The notes: generated from the letters alone by a model not told the origin. Positions 11,255 through 19,922 are shown, counted from the stretch's first letter. The stretch is DNA of 64,000 nucleotides from a virus (IMGVR_UViG_3300013308_000020:1-64000); one strand, 5' to 3'. A program made the numbers and translations.

Positions 11255-11262
11255 TATATTTG
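11255..11262 (+). promoter_or_regulatory. Bacteroidota sigmaA -7 element for an antisense mini-gene
   Basis: TATATTTG matches TAnnTTTG; about 24 nt upstream of ATG 11286. The -33 element is degenerate. Confidence 0.55.
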
Positions 11263-11285
11263 TATGTACCTAAAGCCTTAAAGCC

Positions 11286-11417
11286 ATGAAAACAAACACT
11301 ACTAACACAAATGTAATGATAAAAGCACCGGAAGGTTCTAAGTGTCAGACAAAACTAGCCAAAGCTCTACAAGAAATTAAAGATGCTCTGTCAGGGAAAA
11401 AGATTTTTACATTCTAA
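11286..11417 (+). CDS. 43-aa basic mini-protein antisense to the late operon (MKTNTTNTNVMIKAPEGSKCQTKLAKALQEIKDALSGKKIFTF)
   Basis: ATG...TAA fills the intergenic gap and is flanked by a promoter and a terminator; below the ORF-track length cutoff. Confidence 0.6.
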   Translation: MKTNTTNTNVMIKAPEGSKCQTKLAKALQEIKDALSGKKIFTF

Positions 11418-11418
11418 T

Positions 11419-11445
11419 AAGAGTACTTTAGGTACTCTTTTTTTT
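11419..11445 (+). terminator. Intrinsic terminator
   Basis: AAGAGTAC-TTTAG-GTACTCTT followed by a T run. Confidence 0.7.
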
Positions 11446-11449
11446 GCCC

Positions 11450-12040
11450 TTAATCTTCGTATAGTCCTGCACCTCCACCACCACGAATACGCTTAACAGT
11501 TGTTTGTGCTCTACGTACATCAGCTTCCTGTTCTTTAATAGCTTTTCGCGCTATTTGCAATTCCTTAATTGCGCTAGTAATATCTTTAGGTTTATAAATA
11601 GCAGCACCATTCGGCATTCTATTCCTAGCAGAGTTTAAATCAATAGTAGTTAAAAACTCTTCAATAGAACTCATAGCCTTTCTCGAAGCATTCAATCCAA
11701 TAATATCAGGATTAGTTTCAACTTGTGTAGCTGCATACCATTCCCTAGCTTCTTTCAAAGCCTTATCTTCTTTCCAATCTTCAGCAAGTCCTATAGCTGC
11801 TTTTACTTTCTTCTCTCGCTTTTCTATATCAATATAACTTTGATAAGGACTAGCCCAATTCTCCATAAAGTGAATCCAAGCTATTTCCCTACGAGCTACA
11901 TTCTTAATCCTTACACTTTTATTATCTGCGTTCTTTACAGGTACTCCATGATCTCTTTTCCAAATATCTGCAATTACTTTAACGCTTAGGTAATGAGGAT
12001 TAAGGATTTGTTCATCCCCTATTATTGTCAGCAAGTCCAT
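11450..12040 (-). CDS. Conserved protein upstream of terL (terminase small subunit candidate)
   Basis: 196 aa, helical C-terminus ending 'IRGGGGAGLYED'; assignment from position. Confidence 0.45.
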   Translation of the reverse strand: MDLLTIIGDEQILNPHYLSVKVIADIWKRDHGVPVKNADNKSVRIKNVARREIAWIHFMENWASPYQSYIDIEKREKKVKAAIGLAEDWKEDKALKEAREWYAATQVETNPDIIGLNASRKAMSSIEEFLTTIDLNSARNRMPNGAAIYKPKDITSAIKELQIARKAIKEQEADVRRAQTTVKRIRGGGGAGLYED

Positions 12041-12314
12041 CTTTAATCTTTTTCTTAGCAGTAATAATTTTTCTTCTTTCGGGATTAGAGAATATATTCC
12101 CTATATAATCCAACTTAACGGAAACACTAGAGTCATCTGTAAGGATAACCTCTCTTATAGTATTACCTACATGTTTCATTATTTGTCTAACTTCGTCTAC
12201 AGATGTAGAGGTATTATGTGCAACTTCATAATAGACTTTCTCATTAATGTACTTATCCATATAACTTAAATCTAGCATAGTAACTTTCGCCCCTATGGAA
12301 TATCTCGTATTCAT
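12012..12314 (-). CDS. IHF/HU-like DNA-binding protein
   Basis: 'EVAHNTSTSVDEVRQIMKHVGNTIREVI...VKLDYIGNI' follows the HU/IHF helix-helix-beta pattern; crAss-like phages carry IHF-like genes. Confidence 0.6.
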   Translation of the reverse strand: MNTRYSIGAKVTMLDLSYMDKYINEKVYYEVAHNTSTSVDEVRQIMKHVGNTIREVILTDDSSVSVKLDYIGNIFSNPERRKIITAKKKIKDGLADNNRG

Positions 12315-12394
12315 AAGAAGTATTGGTTAATTCGTATAGATTACTTACTTCATCTATTACACGAATTAGTTCACCCATTGTAAACGCAGCGAAC

Positions 12395-12679
12395 TTAGCA
12401 TAGGTTATTCTTAGATTCATTGACTTTAGCGGTTATAGTTACACGCTGTGATTGCAAGCATCTCTCTAACAGTTTTATCTGTATTTCATTCTCCGCACTC
12501 CAACGCTTTCGGTTAGCTTCTTTCACATGATCTATTAGCATAAGATAGGCAGATTCTCTGGCAGCTCCTTCTACAGGATTTCTATCTTCATCTCTATGTG
12601 TAAATATAAACTCTTGTTCACTCTTACCAGTAAAACTTTTGACTTTATAATGTACACCTTTCTTAATTACCTTAATCAT
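12395..12679 (-). CDS. Acb2/Tad1-like helical-hairpin protein (possible immune-signal sponge), divergent
   Basis: 'GVHY...VEG..RE...MLIDH...N.K.WSAEN...IKLLE' resembles the Acb2 pattern G..E....LIDR....N....REN..A...LE. Confidence 0.45.
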   Translation of the reverse strand: MIKVIKKGVHYKVKSFTGKSEQEFIFTHRDEDRNPVEGAARESAYLMLIDHVKEANRKRWSAENEIQIKLLERCLQSQRVTITAKVNESKNNLC

Positions 12680-12712
12680 AATAGTAGCCTTTTACTAACA
12701 ACTTAATATAAA

Positions 12713-12740
12713 GAAAAAAGGTTGACTTTCGCCAACCTTA
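12713..12740 (-). terminator. Intrinsic terminator
   Basis: On the minus strand AAGGTTG-GCGAAAGT-CAACCTT followed by a T run. Confidence 0.65.
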
Positions 12741-12758
12741 TTTGAAAAATATTTTATA

Positions 12759-13076
12759 TTAACGTTTAATAATCTTAGCGGTAAGTACACCTCCATGTCT
12801 ATCAAATCTAATATTAACATTTTGATGTTCTCTTCTAAATCTAGCTTCAAACAACTCAGAAAAACGATTATTCATCCTATCATTATTTCCATTCTCATGA
12901 TGGTCTTTCATGACAACTTCTCCTTTTTTAAATATCTCTTGTATAGCAGCATCTATTCCACGAGTAGTTCTACCACTCATTCTTTGTGTTTCTTCTACAA
13001 TAGCTTCTTTCTTTGCAATCTCTTCAAACTTTTCATTTTGCTTTCTTATTGCATCTTCAAATAAGTTACTTGACAT
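12759..13076 (-). CDS. Hypothetical protein (GRTTR motif)
   Basis: Part of a tightly packed minus-strand ORF array. Confidence 0.6.
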   Translation of the reverse strand: MSSNLFEDAIRKQNEKFEEIAKKEAIVEETQRMSGRTTRGIDAAIQEIFKKGEVVMKDHHENGNNDRMNNRFSELFEARFRREHQNVNIRFDRHGGVLTAKIIKR

Positions 13077-13077
13077 A

Positions 13078-13320
13078 TTACTTTTTATTTAAACGTTTAA
13101 GGATACTTTTACCAAACTTCTCTTTACCTGAATGCTTTCTATCTAAATATCTTTCAGGGTTTTTATAAGCCTTATTAAGATACTCAGCTCTTCTATTATA
13201 TTCTTCTTCTATCTTTCTCTTACGTTCTTCTGCTTCTTCATCAGACATAATAGTAGCACCTGAATTCTTAATCATATCCTGATATGCTTCATCAGGAATA
13301 TGCACATCATCTATATACAT
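13078..13320 (-). CDS. Hypothetical protein
   Basis: Coupled or overlapping with its neighbours. Confidence 0.6.
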   Translation of the reverse strand: MYIDDVHIPDEAYQDMIKNSGATIMSDEEAEERKRKIEEEYNRRAEYLNKAYKNPERYLDRKHSGKEKFGKSILKRLNKK

Positions 13321-13597
13321 AGTTATATTTACTTGATACTTGTTTTAATCTATATTTCTTTTGATATGCCTTTTGATAAGGTTTATACTTTGCTCTATTA
13401 TAACTTTTCAATAAAGCTTCAAATACACCATTACGAAGTTCTCTACCAAATACTAATTCTCTATTAGGACACATATACATAAAGGGTCTCATAGTAAGAT
13501 ACTCTTCAAAAGTATGTATATAAAATACATGCTTCTTATAATAGTGTCTATGATGTTCAAAGGCTTCTCTTTCCTCTTTATCTTTTATACGTATCAT
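13307..13597 (-). CDS. Hypothetical basic protein
   Basis: Packed ORF array. Confidence 0.55.
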   Translation of the reverse strand: MIRIKDKEEREAFEHHRHYYKKHVFYIHTFEEYLTMRPFMYMCPNRELVFGRELRNGVFEALLKSYNRAKYKPYQKAYQKKYRLKQVSSKYNYVYR

Positions 13598-13601
13598 ATA
13601 G

Positions 13602-13847
13602 TTAGTCAGCTAGAAATAGAAAAGGTTGCCTTATAGGTCTATTGGCATTATATTGTCTATTAAACTTCCAATGATGATAAGTAGGAAATCCATGATAAAC
13701 ATAATCACTAGGAAGTATGATAGTATGCCATCTAAAATAATGACCAATGATTAATTTCCTCCTAGCATTTTCTGCTAACATTTCTATATAATCTCTCAGA
13801 TATTCTTCTAGATAAGTATACTTATCTAATACTTCTTTTACATCCAT
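13602..13847 (-). CDS. Hypothetical protein
   Basis: Packed ORF array. Confidence 0.5.
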   Translation of the reverse strand: MDVKEVLDKYTYLEEYLRDYIEMLAENARRKLIIGHYFRWHTIILPSDYVYHGFPTYHHWKFNRQYNANRPIRQPFLFLAD

Positions 13848-14890
13848 ATTAAGTATGCAAGTATAACTAAAAATACAACTAACAACATAATAAGAGAAGT
13901 TCTTGAATTAGCTTCCATTAAAGATTCATGATATACTTCTTCATGTTCTTCTTCATGTTCTTCTTCAGACTCTTCATTCTTAACAAGAGAACCGTCTTTA
14001 AAGGTTCTAACTGTTTCACCTTTCTGATTAAGATATCTTACAGTTCCATCCTTTTCAACTCTAGCTAAATTAACTCTAGCATTCTCATCAATAGGGTCTG
14101 CACCTCCTACATATTCTATATTCCAGTCTTGAGGTCTATCCTTTATATCACTATGAGGAACACAATAAGCAGAACTTTTTAAAGGATAAGTAGTAGCACC
14201 ACCTAATTTAATTTCTTTCTTTATATCCTTTTCCTTTTGGATAGCATCTTTAATTCGCGTCTTAGATGCTTCATAAGAATCTTTATCTATATCCCAATCA
14301 GAACCGGCAGGATGATTAGCTAATGCATTGTTAACAGTCTGTATAGCTTCAACTAATCTGTCTTGTGCTTCATCGGACATACGGTTAAAGTGATTATCTA
14401 GTTGCTCAGATTCTGCAATAAATCTAGGACTATCTTTCCATGCCTTTTTCCATGCTGCTATATCTATTCTATTAGATGCATCCAATTTAGCAATCTGTTC
14501 AGAACTAGGAAAGTCTCCTGCTTCTTCACTTATAATAAGAGGTCTACCTTCAGCTTCTCTTTTAGCAAGATATACCTCCTCTTCAGTTGGAGCTTCTGTT
14601 ATAGCTAGAGGAGTAGTTCCTCGTTGTTTAGCAGCAAAGTCTACCATCTCTTTAACTAAACCTTCATCTCTAAGCTTAATAACTTCTTCAGGATGTGCAT
14701 CAAGATATTCCTTAGCAACTTTAGCAGTATAAGCTTTTCTTTCTTCGTCTGATTTAAACTTAGTATATTTAGGTTCTCCCATTATTTCATTATACATTTC
14801 TTCACCTTGTTTCTTTGCTTCATAGCTATTAGGATGATACCATACTTCACTGTTCTTTCTAGGTCTACCTCTTTTTCTTTTAGATTCCAT
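13838..14890 (-). CDS. AT-hook protein with C-terminal transmembrane helix
   Basis: N-terminal KRKRGRPRK; C-terminal 'LIMLLVVFLVILAYLIWM'. Confidence 0.6.
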   Translation of the reverse strand: MESKRKRGRPRKNSEVWYHPNSYEAKKQGEEMYNEIMGEPKYTKFKSDEERKAYTAKVAKEYLDAHPEEVIKLRDEGLVKEMVDFAAKQRGTTPLAITEAPTEEEVYLAKREAEGRPLIISEEAGDFPSSEQIAKLDASNRIDIAAWKKAWKDSPRFIAESEQLDNHFNRMSDEAQDRLVEAIQTVNNALANHPAGSDWDIDKDSYEASKTRIKDAIQKEKDIKKEIKLGGATTYPLKSSAYCVPHSDIKDRPQDWNIEYVGGADPIDENARVNLARVEKDGTVRYLNQKGETVRTFKDGSLVKNEESEEEHEEEHEEVYHESLMEANSRTSLIMLLVVFLVILAYLIWM

Positions 14891-14891
14891 A

Positions 14892-15182
14892 TTATCTTAT
14901 TTTTACATAAACATCATTAAATTTCTCAGTAATTACAGTATTAGATTTTATAGTAAGTGTTAATTGTTTGCCTTCAGCATTTACTTCATAAGGAGGATCA
15001 ACTTCTAGTCCACCACGTCCTTTAGTTAGAACTATAATTAGTCCTTTTTTCAATTTATCTATGGTATCATGTAGACGGGCTATCTCTCCTTTTTCTAGCT
15101 CAAATGCTCTATGCTTTAACTTCTCGTTTTCTACACGTAAGTTATAATAAGTTTCAATATCAATTACTGCCTGATTTTGCAT
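14892..15182 (-). CDS. Hypothetical coiled-coil protein
   Basis: Packed ORF array. Confidence 0.55.
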   Translation of the reverse strand: MQNQAVIDIETYYNLRVENEKLKHRAFELEKGEIARLHDTIDKLKKGLIIVLTKGRGGLEVDPPYEVNAEGKQLTLTIKSNTVITEKFNDVYVKIR

Positions 15183-15513
15183 TGTTTTTTATTAAGTCAT
15201 TTAATAATGGAATATCTTTTATTTTTCTTACCTTAGCATTTACATTAGAATCAGCAACAAATAATCCGTTAAAGATTAGATGTTGCATAAATTCTTTAAT
15301 GCAATGTTCTCTTGCTTTATTTTCACGAAAAGAAGCAGTACTAACAAATATATATTTATACACATCATCGTTAATATGTATATAATAAGAAAGATGATAT
15401 TTACCGTTAACACCACCTCCTACATAAGTTAGTTCAAACTGATCGTCAAGTAATCTAACTTCATTAGCCATACTTAATACACCACGTATTAAACTTTCAT
15501 ATTGCTCAATCAT
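15160..15513 (-). CDS. Hypothetical protein
   Basis: Packed ORF array. Confidence 0.55.
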   Translation of the reverse strand: MIEQYESLIRGVLSMANEVRLLDDQFELTYVGGGVNGKYHLSYYIHINDDVYKYIFVSTASFRENKAREHCIKEFMQHLIFNGLFVADSNVNAKVRKIKDIPLLNDLIKNNAKSGSN

Positions 15514-15700
15514 CTCTAGGTTTTCTAGGTTTACGTTCTTTTACAACTGGTTCTTTAACTTCCTTAACAGGTTTATAAAGTTTTATATGAGGACAAGCTC
15601 CATTAGTACAACTACATAGCACTGCTTTAACTTCACACCAAATAGGATTACTAATACTCTCTACTGCTTTAGTAGGTTTATCAAAGTTTATATTACTCAT
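15506..15700 (-). CDS. Small Cys-rich hypothetical protein
   Basis: C-x5-CxC-x4-C-x-H pattern; overlaps its neighbours. Confidence 0.5.
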   Translation of the reverse strand: MSNINFDKPTKAVESISNPIWCEVKAVLCSCTNGACPHIKLYKPVKEVKEPVVKERKPRKPRDD

Positions 15701-15953
15701 CTTTATTAGTTAAAGATTCTATATATTCTTTTAGTTTATTACTATCAAGTACATGATAATCAGTTCTACCTTCTTCTACTTGCTTTTCAAGATTAGCTCT
15801 ATTATCTTTAACTAATCTATGTAGTGCAACTAGATAATCTATATAACCTTGCTTACCAGTCCATACAATCCATTTCTCTACACCTATCTGATAAGCTCCA
15901 TCAGATACTTCTATATCTAATCTTTCTCTAAGTTCTCGTTCCCAATCTTCCAT
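15693..15953 (-). CDS. Hypothetical protein
   Basis: Packed ORF array. Confidence 0.55.
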   Translation of the reverse strand: MEDWERELRERLDIEVSDGAYQIGVEKWIVWTGKQGYIDYLVALHRLVKDNRANLEKQVEEGRTDYHVLDSNKLKEYIESLTNKDE

Positions 15954-15954
15954 A

Positions 15955-16236
15955 TCATATCTTTTCTAATTGATCGTCATGTAACCAAGATATTCTAGTA
16001 CCAGTATTAAATTGAACAGCATATTTACTAACATTCCCCGAAGTAACTTTATTTACAATTTTTACTTCTTCACCTACTAATTCAGGTCTTAAATCAAAAT
16101 AGTAAAAATCTTCTCCTTCTTTATATAAAGGAAAAGATGCAGCAAATCTATCTACTTGTTCTGCATGTCTAGGTTCTTTACTAAGGAATATTAAATGTCC
16201 ATACTTAACTATCTTCGCTTTGTCTCCTATCTCCAT
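15955..16236 (-). CDS. Hypothetical SH3-like protein
   Basis: 'IGDKAKI...Y.V......SWL..DQLE' pattern. Confidence 0.5.
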   Translation of the reverse strand: MEIGDKAKIVKYGHLIFLSKEPRHAEQVDRFAASFPLYKEGEDFYYFDLRPELVGEEVKIVNKVTSGNVSKYAVQFNTGTRISWLHDDQLEKI

Positions 16237-16525
16237 AATATTTTTGTTCTACTTTTATCCAAGTTTCACCTCCATAGAAGTACGTACAATTCTCATCAGC
16301 TACATAAGCTAAATCTCCTCTATTAGCAATTATATATTTTAATTCATCTTTAGTTTTAACTTTCCTAACAATATCAGTAGGAAGTCTTACACGTATAAAT
16401 CCAGGTTTATGCTTATTAGTTCTAGAGAACATTTCTCTTATACAGAACCCTATTATTATAAGTACTAAAAAAGCTAGTCCTATTATCATAGCAGATAGGA
16501 ATATTGCATATACTTTATCACCCAT
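16205..16525 (-). CDS. Membrane-anchored hypothetical protein
   Basis: N-terminal hydrophobic helix. Confidence 0.5.
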   Translation of the reverse strand: MGDKVYAIFLSAMIIGLAFLVLIIIGFCIREMFSRTNKHKPGFIRVRLPTDIVRKVKTKDELKYIIANRGDLAYVADENCTYFYGGETWIKVEQKYYGDRRQSEDS

Positions 16526-16709
16526 TTCTTTCTTTTTCTAAAGCTAATATTTCTGCTACTAAGTCTTTAACCTTTTGCCTATAAATATGTATAGTATGTC
16601 TTTGCATCTTTTTAGTACTATAAAGTATATATACACATACTAATAATACTAATACAAATACATGCTCTGCCATTGAGAGTAATTGCCATATAATCTTTGT
16701 GTTCATCAT
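16518..16709 (-). CDS. Small membrane protein
   Basis: One hydrophobic helix followed by a short coiled segment. Confidence 0.5.
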   Translation of the reverse strand: MMNTKIIWQLLSMAEHVFVLVLLVCVYILYSTKKMQRHTIHIYRQKVKDLVAEILALEKERNG

Positions 16710-16960
16710 AATACTACTTCACCTAAAAATACCCATTGCCATTTATCCTGTATATAATCTGCTTTAAATATAATAGGAGTCTCTTTAGGAAAGTCAGGAC
16801 TTCTATAATTAGAAGTTGTATCCCATTCCTTATAATGTCCTTCCCATTCGATAGGACTTTCTTTCTTGTTTTCTCTACGAAGTCTAAGTACTCTTCCTCT
16901 ATGTACTTCCGCATCAGGTAGACTTTCTTTAAATCTGATTAATGTTTCTATATGTATCAT
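16706..16960 (-). CDS. Hypothetical protein
   Basis: Overlap-coupled to its neighbours. Confidence 0.5.
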   Translation of the reverse strand: MIHIETLIRFKESLPDAEVHRGRVLRLRRENKKESPIEWEGHYKEWDTTSNYRSPDFPKETPIIFKADYIQDKWQWVFLGEVVL

Positions 16961-17141
16961 AGTTTTTTTCTTTAACCTTTATGAACTTATCTCCATCTAC
17001 TAAATACTTCCCACTTCCGCCAGTATCATAAACTTGCCCTTCTATAAGTTCTTCGGGTTTAGCATAGAACTGAAAAGTAACTTTACCTTCAACTACAACT
17101 CTGTAGGTTTTTCTCGAATCTTCAATCTTTTTCTTCATCAT
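16929..17141 (-). CDS. Hypothetical protein
   Basis: Overlap-coupled to the RepL-like gene. Confidence 0.5.
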   Translation of the reverse strand: MMKKKIEDSRKTYRVVVEGKVTFQFYAKPEELIEGQVYDTGGSGKYLVDGDKFIKVKEKNYDTYRNINQI

Positions 17142-17661
17142 GATCTTGTAGTCCTAATATTGGTTTAACAACTATATTAAAAGTCTTATCGCTCATACTC
17201 TCCAATTCCTCTTTAATACTTGCTAATCTATTTGAAGGAGAATTTCTCCAAACATACATAGGATTAACTCTAAAAACTCCTTTAGCTTTTGGTAGTAATA
17301 AACCGTTCTTTGTAAGTTCGGAAAAAGCCATACCAATAGAAGTTTCTGCATAATTAACTCTACCTTCAGTATAATTGTATATAGTAGTTACAAATAATTT
17401 CTTAGTAGGAGAATCATTTCTAACTAGACCATGTTCATCCATTTCTTCTCCGCAGAAGAGAATAAGATGTAATGCACACTTACTAAGATTAGCTAATATA
17501 GTAGTTGTACCATCATATAATCTAATAGATGTAGTAACAGCATTTATAGTTTTATAGATAGGAAAATTATCACCATCTTTATCACTACGAATACCATTTA
17601 CAAACTTTACAGCTTTCTTAAATATAACTCTATTACGTTCAGGTTTATCAATATTATACAT
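17122..17661 (-). CDS. RepL-like (plasmid-type) replication initiator / winged-HTH protein
   Basis: 'IGMAFSELTKNGLL...KGVFRVNPMYVW' matches the RepL winged-helix NP motif; RepL-like genes are known in crAss-like phages. Confidence 0.7.
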   Translation of the reverse strand: MYNIDKPERNRVIFKKAVKFVNGIRSDKDGDNFPIYKTINAVTTSIRLYDGTTTILANLSKCALHLILFCGEEMDEHGLVRNDSPTKKLFVTTIYNYTEGRVNYAETSIGMAFSELTKNGLLLPKAKGVFRVNPMYVWRNSPSNRLASIKEELESMSDKTFNIVVKPILGLQDHDEEKD

Positions 17662-17685
17662 TTCAGTAGTTACTTAATGAGATAT

Positions 17686-17717
17686 TAAAGATAAGCGATT
17701 CCTATACTATATACAAG
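17686..17717 (-). promoter_or_regulatory. Bacteroidota sigmaA-type promoter for the RepL-like gene
   Basis: Minus strand CTTG-N20-TATCTTTA, a near match to TTTG-N19-21-TAnnTTTG. Confidence 0.55.
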
Positions 17718-17753
17718 TTAGATAGGCTATATGTTTAAAAAGTCTATAGTAAG

Positions 17754-17782
17754 TTATCCACAAATAAATTTATTTATCCACA
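17754..17782 (+). promoter_or_regulatory. Two tandem DnaA boxes (TTATCCACA at 17754 and 17774); candidate origin region
   Basis: Exact consensus twice, 20 bp apart, in the AT-rich divergent intergenic gap. Confidence 0.55.
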
Positions 17783-18103
17783 TGCTAGGAAATATGAGTA
17801 TAGTTTTGAGGGTATATTAAACTCAAAATTTAACTATTCATTACAATTAGTATATAATAAGTATACTAAAAATTCTCATAACAGTTTGATTATCAATAAC
17901 TTAGCTCCAAAAACATCAAGAATCTACCCTAAGAGAAGAATATGTCCTACTAACGTTACGTAATCATATATAGCAATAGTTTATTAGAGCTAGAAAGAAA
18001 AGAGGATTTACTTAATATCCTAATGAAAGAGAACCTCATAGAGATAATGAGACTCCTACTCATAAATTTTTTATAGAAATAAAATTTTTTCTGAGACGAT
18101 TAC

Positions 18104-18179
18104 TGTGAGTACAAACCACCCCAAAACTAACCCCCCTTCGGTTTTGCTCCGCAAGGGGACGGTGTGGGAGGTTCTCACA
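18104..18179 (+). other. GC-rich extended hairpin upstream of the first early gene
   Basis: TGTGAG/CTCACA outer stem and CCCCTT-CGG/CCG-C-AAGGGG inner stem in a very AT-rich genome. Confidence 0.55.
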
Positions 18180-18210
18180 TTGATACGCAAACAAACAAAC
18201 CAATACAAAA

Positions 18211-18726
18211 ATGGGAATTGCAAAAGGATTAACCGTAGTAGAATTAAAAGCTAAAAACGCCCAATCTGAAAAAGAAGGCTTTAAGGCTATTAGTTTTGAA
18301 ACAAAACTTGCTATTGGTACTTACAACGGTACTTCAACGGGTTTATTCAATGAATTAACGTATATCAGCAAAGCTGATAAAAACGTTAAAGGTAGAATAA
18401 ATTTCGCTTGTTGTACATTTGAAGATACGGATACGGGCGTTGTTTATGACGTTGATGTGCCAGTTGATGACGCCGATATTGATAATTGCATAGCAAATCA
18501 GCCGGTAGAATTTACTGTCTTTTATCCGAATGAAGATACAACACAAATGAAGCGTGTAAAAATGCTGAATGTAGATGCTGTATTGAATGAAGATAAAAAA
18601 GAAACGGAATTACCAACCTCACTTGTAGACTTGAAAAAGTACTATTTAGATAACGTTGGCGAACCTTATACCGGAACTAATAGTCTGGTAGCTATTAAAG
18701 AAGCTATTAAGGTAGCACTTGGGTAA
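18211..18726 (+). CDS. First early gene, hypothetical; own terminator
   Basis: A-rich leader, clean ORF, followed by a strong terminator. Confidence 0.75.
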   Translation: MGIAKGLTVVELKAKNAQSEKEGFKAISFETKLAIGTYNGTSTGLFNELTYISKADKNVKGRINFACCTFEDTDTGVVYDVDVPVDDADIDNCIANQPVEFTVFYPNEDTTQMKRVKMLNVDAVLNEDKKETELPTSLVDLKKYYLDNVGEPYTGTNSLVAIKEAIKVALG

Positions 18727-18732
18727 TCTACT

Positions 18733-18777
18733 GATGGACTTCCTATACCTTCGGGTGTAGTGAAGTCCATCTTTTTT
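18733..18777 (+). terminator. Intrinsic terminator with a UUCG loop
   Basis: GATGGACTTC-CTATACC-TTCG-GGTGTAG-T-GAAGTCCATC-TTTTTT. Confidence 0.8.
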
Positions 18778-18889
18778 AAAAGACCTATCGTTTAGGCTTA
18801 ATATTATAGACTTAATAAGCCTTTTAAAAATATCCACCGTTTAGGCTCACTATTTAATTATCGTTTTTCACCTACACATTTCTATCCAA

Positions 18890-19345
18890 ATGAAATCTTA
18901 TTTCAACCTAGCCTGTGTTTTAGGCATCCTTGCACTACAATCGTGCAATTCTTTTAGTGGTAAGCGACCTGCTAACTATGGTCATTCTTATAATGAAACA
19001 CAACAAGATTCTATTATAGAATCTCGTAAACCTACTATTGTATCCGAATATAACGGAATTACAATTGATACAACTCATTATCAAACAACGTTTTTTATAA
19101 GCAGAGTTGATGATGAAAAATCTCTTGCATATGGCTCATTTTATCAGTTTGATGGTGCTAAATGCACTGAGATAGCTGGTGCTATTCCTTATGAGTGTTT
19201 TGAATTCGATCCTGAATCGAAAACTCATATGTTAGATATAGCTAAACTTCGTCATGCTCTAGCTACGGATAGCTTAACGCACATATTTGTGCAAAGAAAA
19301 CAACTATTAGGTCATACTTATACTAAAGTAGACGCAGTTGATTAA
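18890..19345 (+). CDS. Putative lipoprotein
   Basis: Signal MKSYFNLACVLGILALQS-C with a lipobox. Confidence 0.65.
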   Translation: MKSYFNLACVLGILALQSCNSFSGKRPANYGHSYNETQQDSIIESRKPTIVSEYNGITIDTTHYQTTFFISRVDDEKSLAYGSFYQFDGAKCTEIAGAIPYECFEFDPESKTHMLDIAKLRHALATDSLTHIFVQRKQLLGHTYTKVDAVD

Positions 19346-19369
19346 TTAACCATTTAAATAACTATCCAA

Positions 19370-19525
19370 ATGACTAAAATGAATTTATATAATGTAACAT
19401 GGTTACATAATGATGGCTCTATTAAAGTTACTATGGTAGCAGCTATAAATGAATCTAAAGCAGGTTCTAGTATATTTATGAGTATTGAAGATTGTTCTGA
19501 TATACTTAAAGTAACTGAAGCTTAA
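19370..19525 (+). CDS. Small hypothetical protein (51 aa)
   Basis: ATG directly after the CTATCCAAA motif; below the track cutoff. Confidence 0.5.
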   Translation: MTKMNLYNVTWLHNDGSIKVTMVAAINESKAGSSIFMSIEDCSDILKVTEA

Positions 19526-19543
19526 AATTAAATAATTAATACA

Positions 19544-19768
19544 ATGACAAGAGAAGAAGTAAAATTTCTACAAGAAAATAAAAAAGATATAATAGCTGAA
19601 ATAACTAAATTTAATGAAGCTATTAAAAAAACAGTATTAGAATCAGATAAAACATATATTGCTATTCATGATACTGTTACTACAAAGTTTATACGTATAA
19701 TATATGATCATTTTCGTAATAAAGGATTTATTATTAATACTCAAGATTGTACTATAAGCTGGGCATAG
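19544..19768 (+). CDS. Hypothetical protein
   Basis: Early ORF array. Confidence 0.6.
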   Translation: MTREEVKFLQENKKDIIAEITKFNEAIKKTVLESDKTYIAIHDTVTTKFIRIIYDHFRNKGFIINTQDCTISWA

Positions 19769-19902
19769 TGAAAGCAATCCTAATTATTCTTGTGTGTACT
19801 ATTACATCTTGTAGTAGTACACATGCTCCTATTAATAAACATGCTAGAAATGTGCAAAAGCACAAGAGACCTCTTTGCGAAAAGAGATATTCAAATCGTT
19901 AA
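19768..19902 (+). CDS. Small putative lipoprotein (44 aa)
   Basis: GTG start overlapping the previous TAG; MKAILIILVCTITS-C lipobox-like signal. Confidence 0.4.
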   Translation: MKAILIILVCTITSCSSTHAPINKHARNVQKHKRPLCEKRYSNR

Positions 19903-19922
19903 ACAATTAAAAGCTATCCAAA

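Noticed and set aside
18789-18849. Short direct repeat CGTTTAGGCT (two copies)
   Set aside because: Only two 10-bp copies with no supporting context; too weak to call a promoter or iteron.
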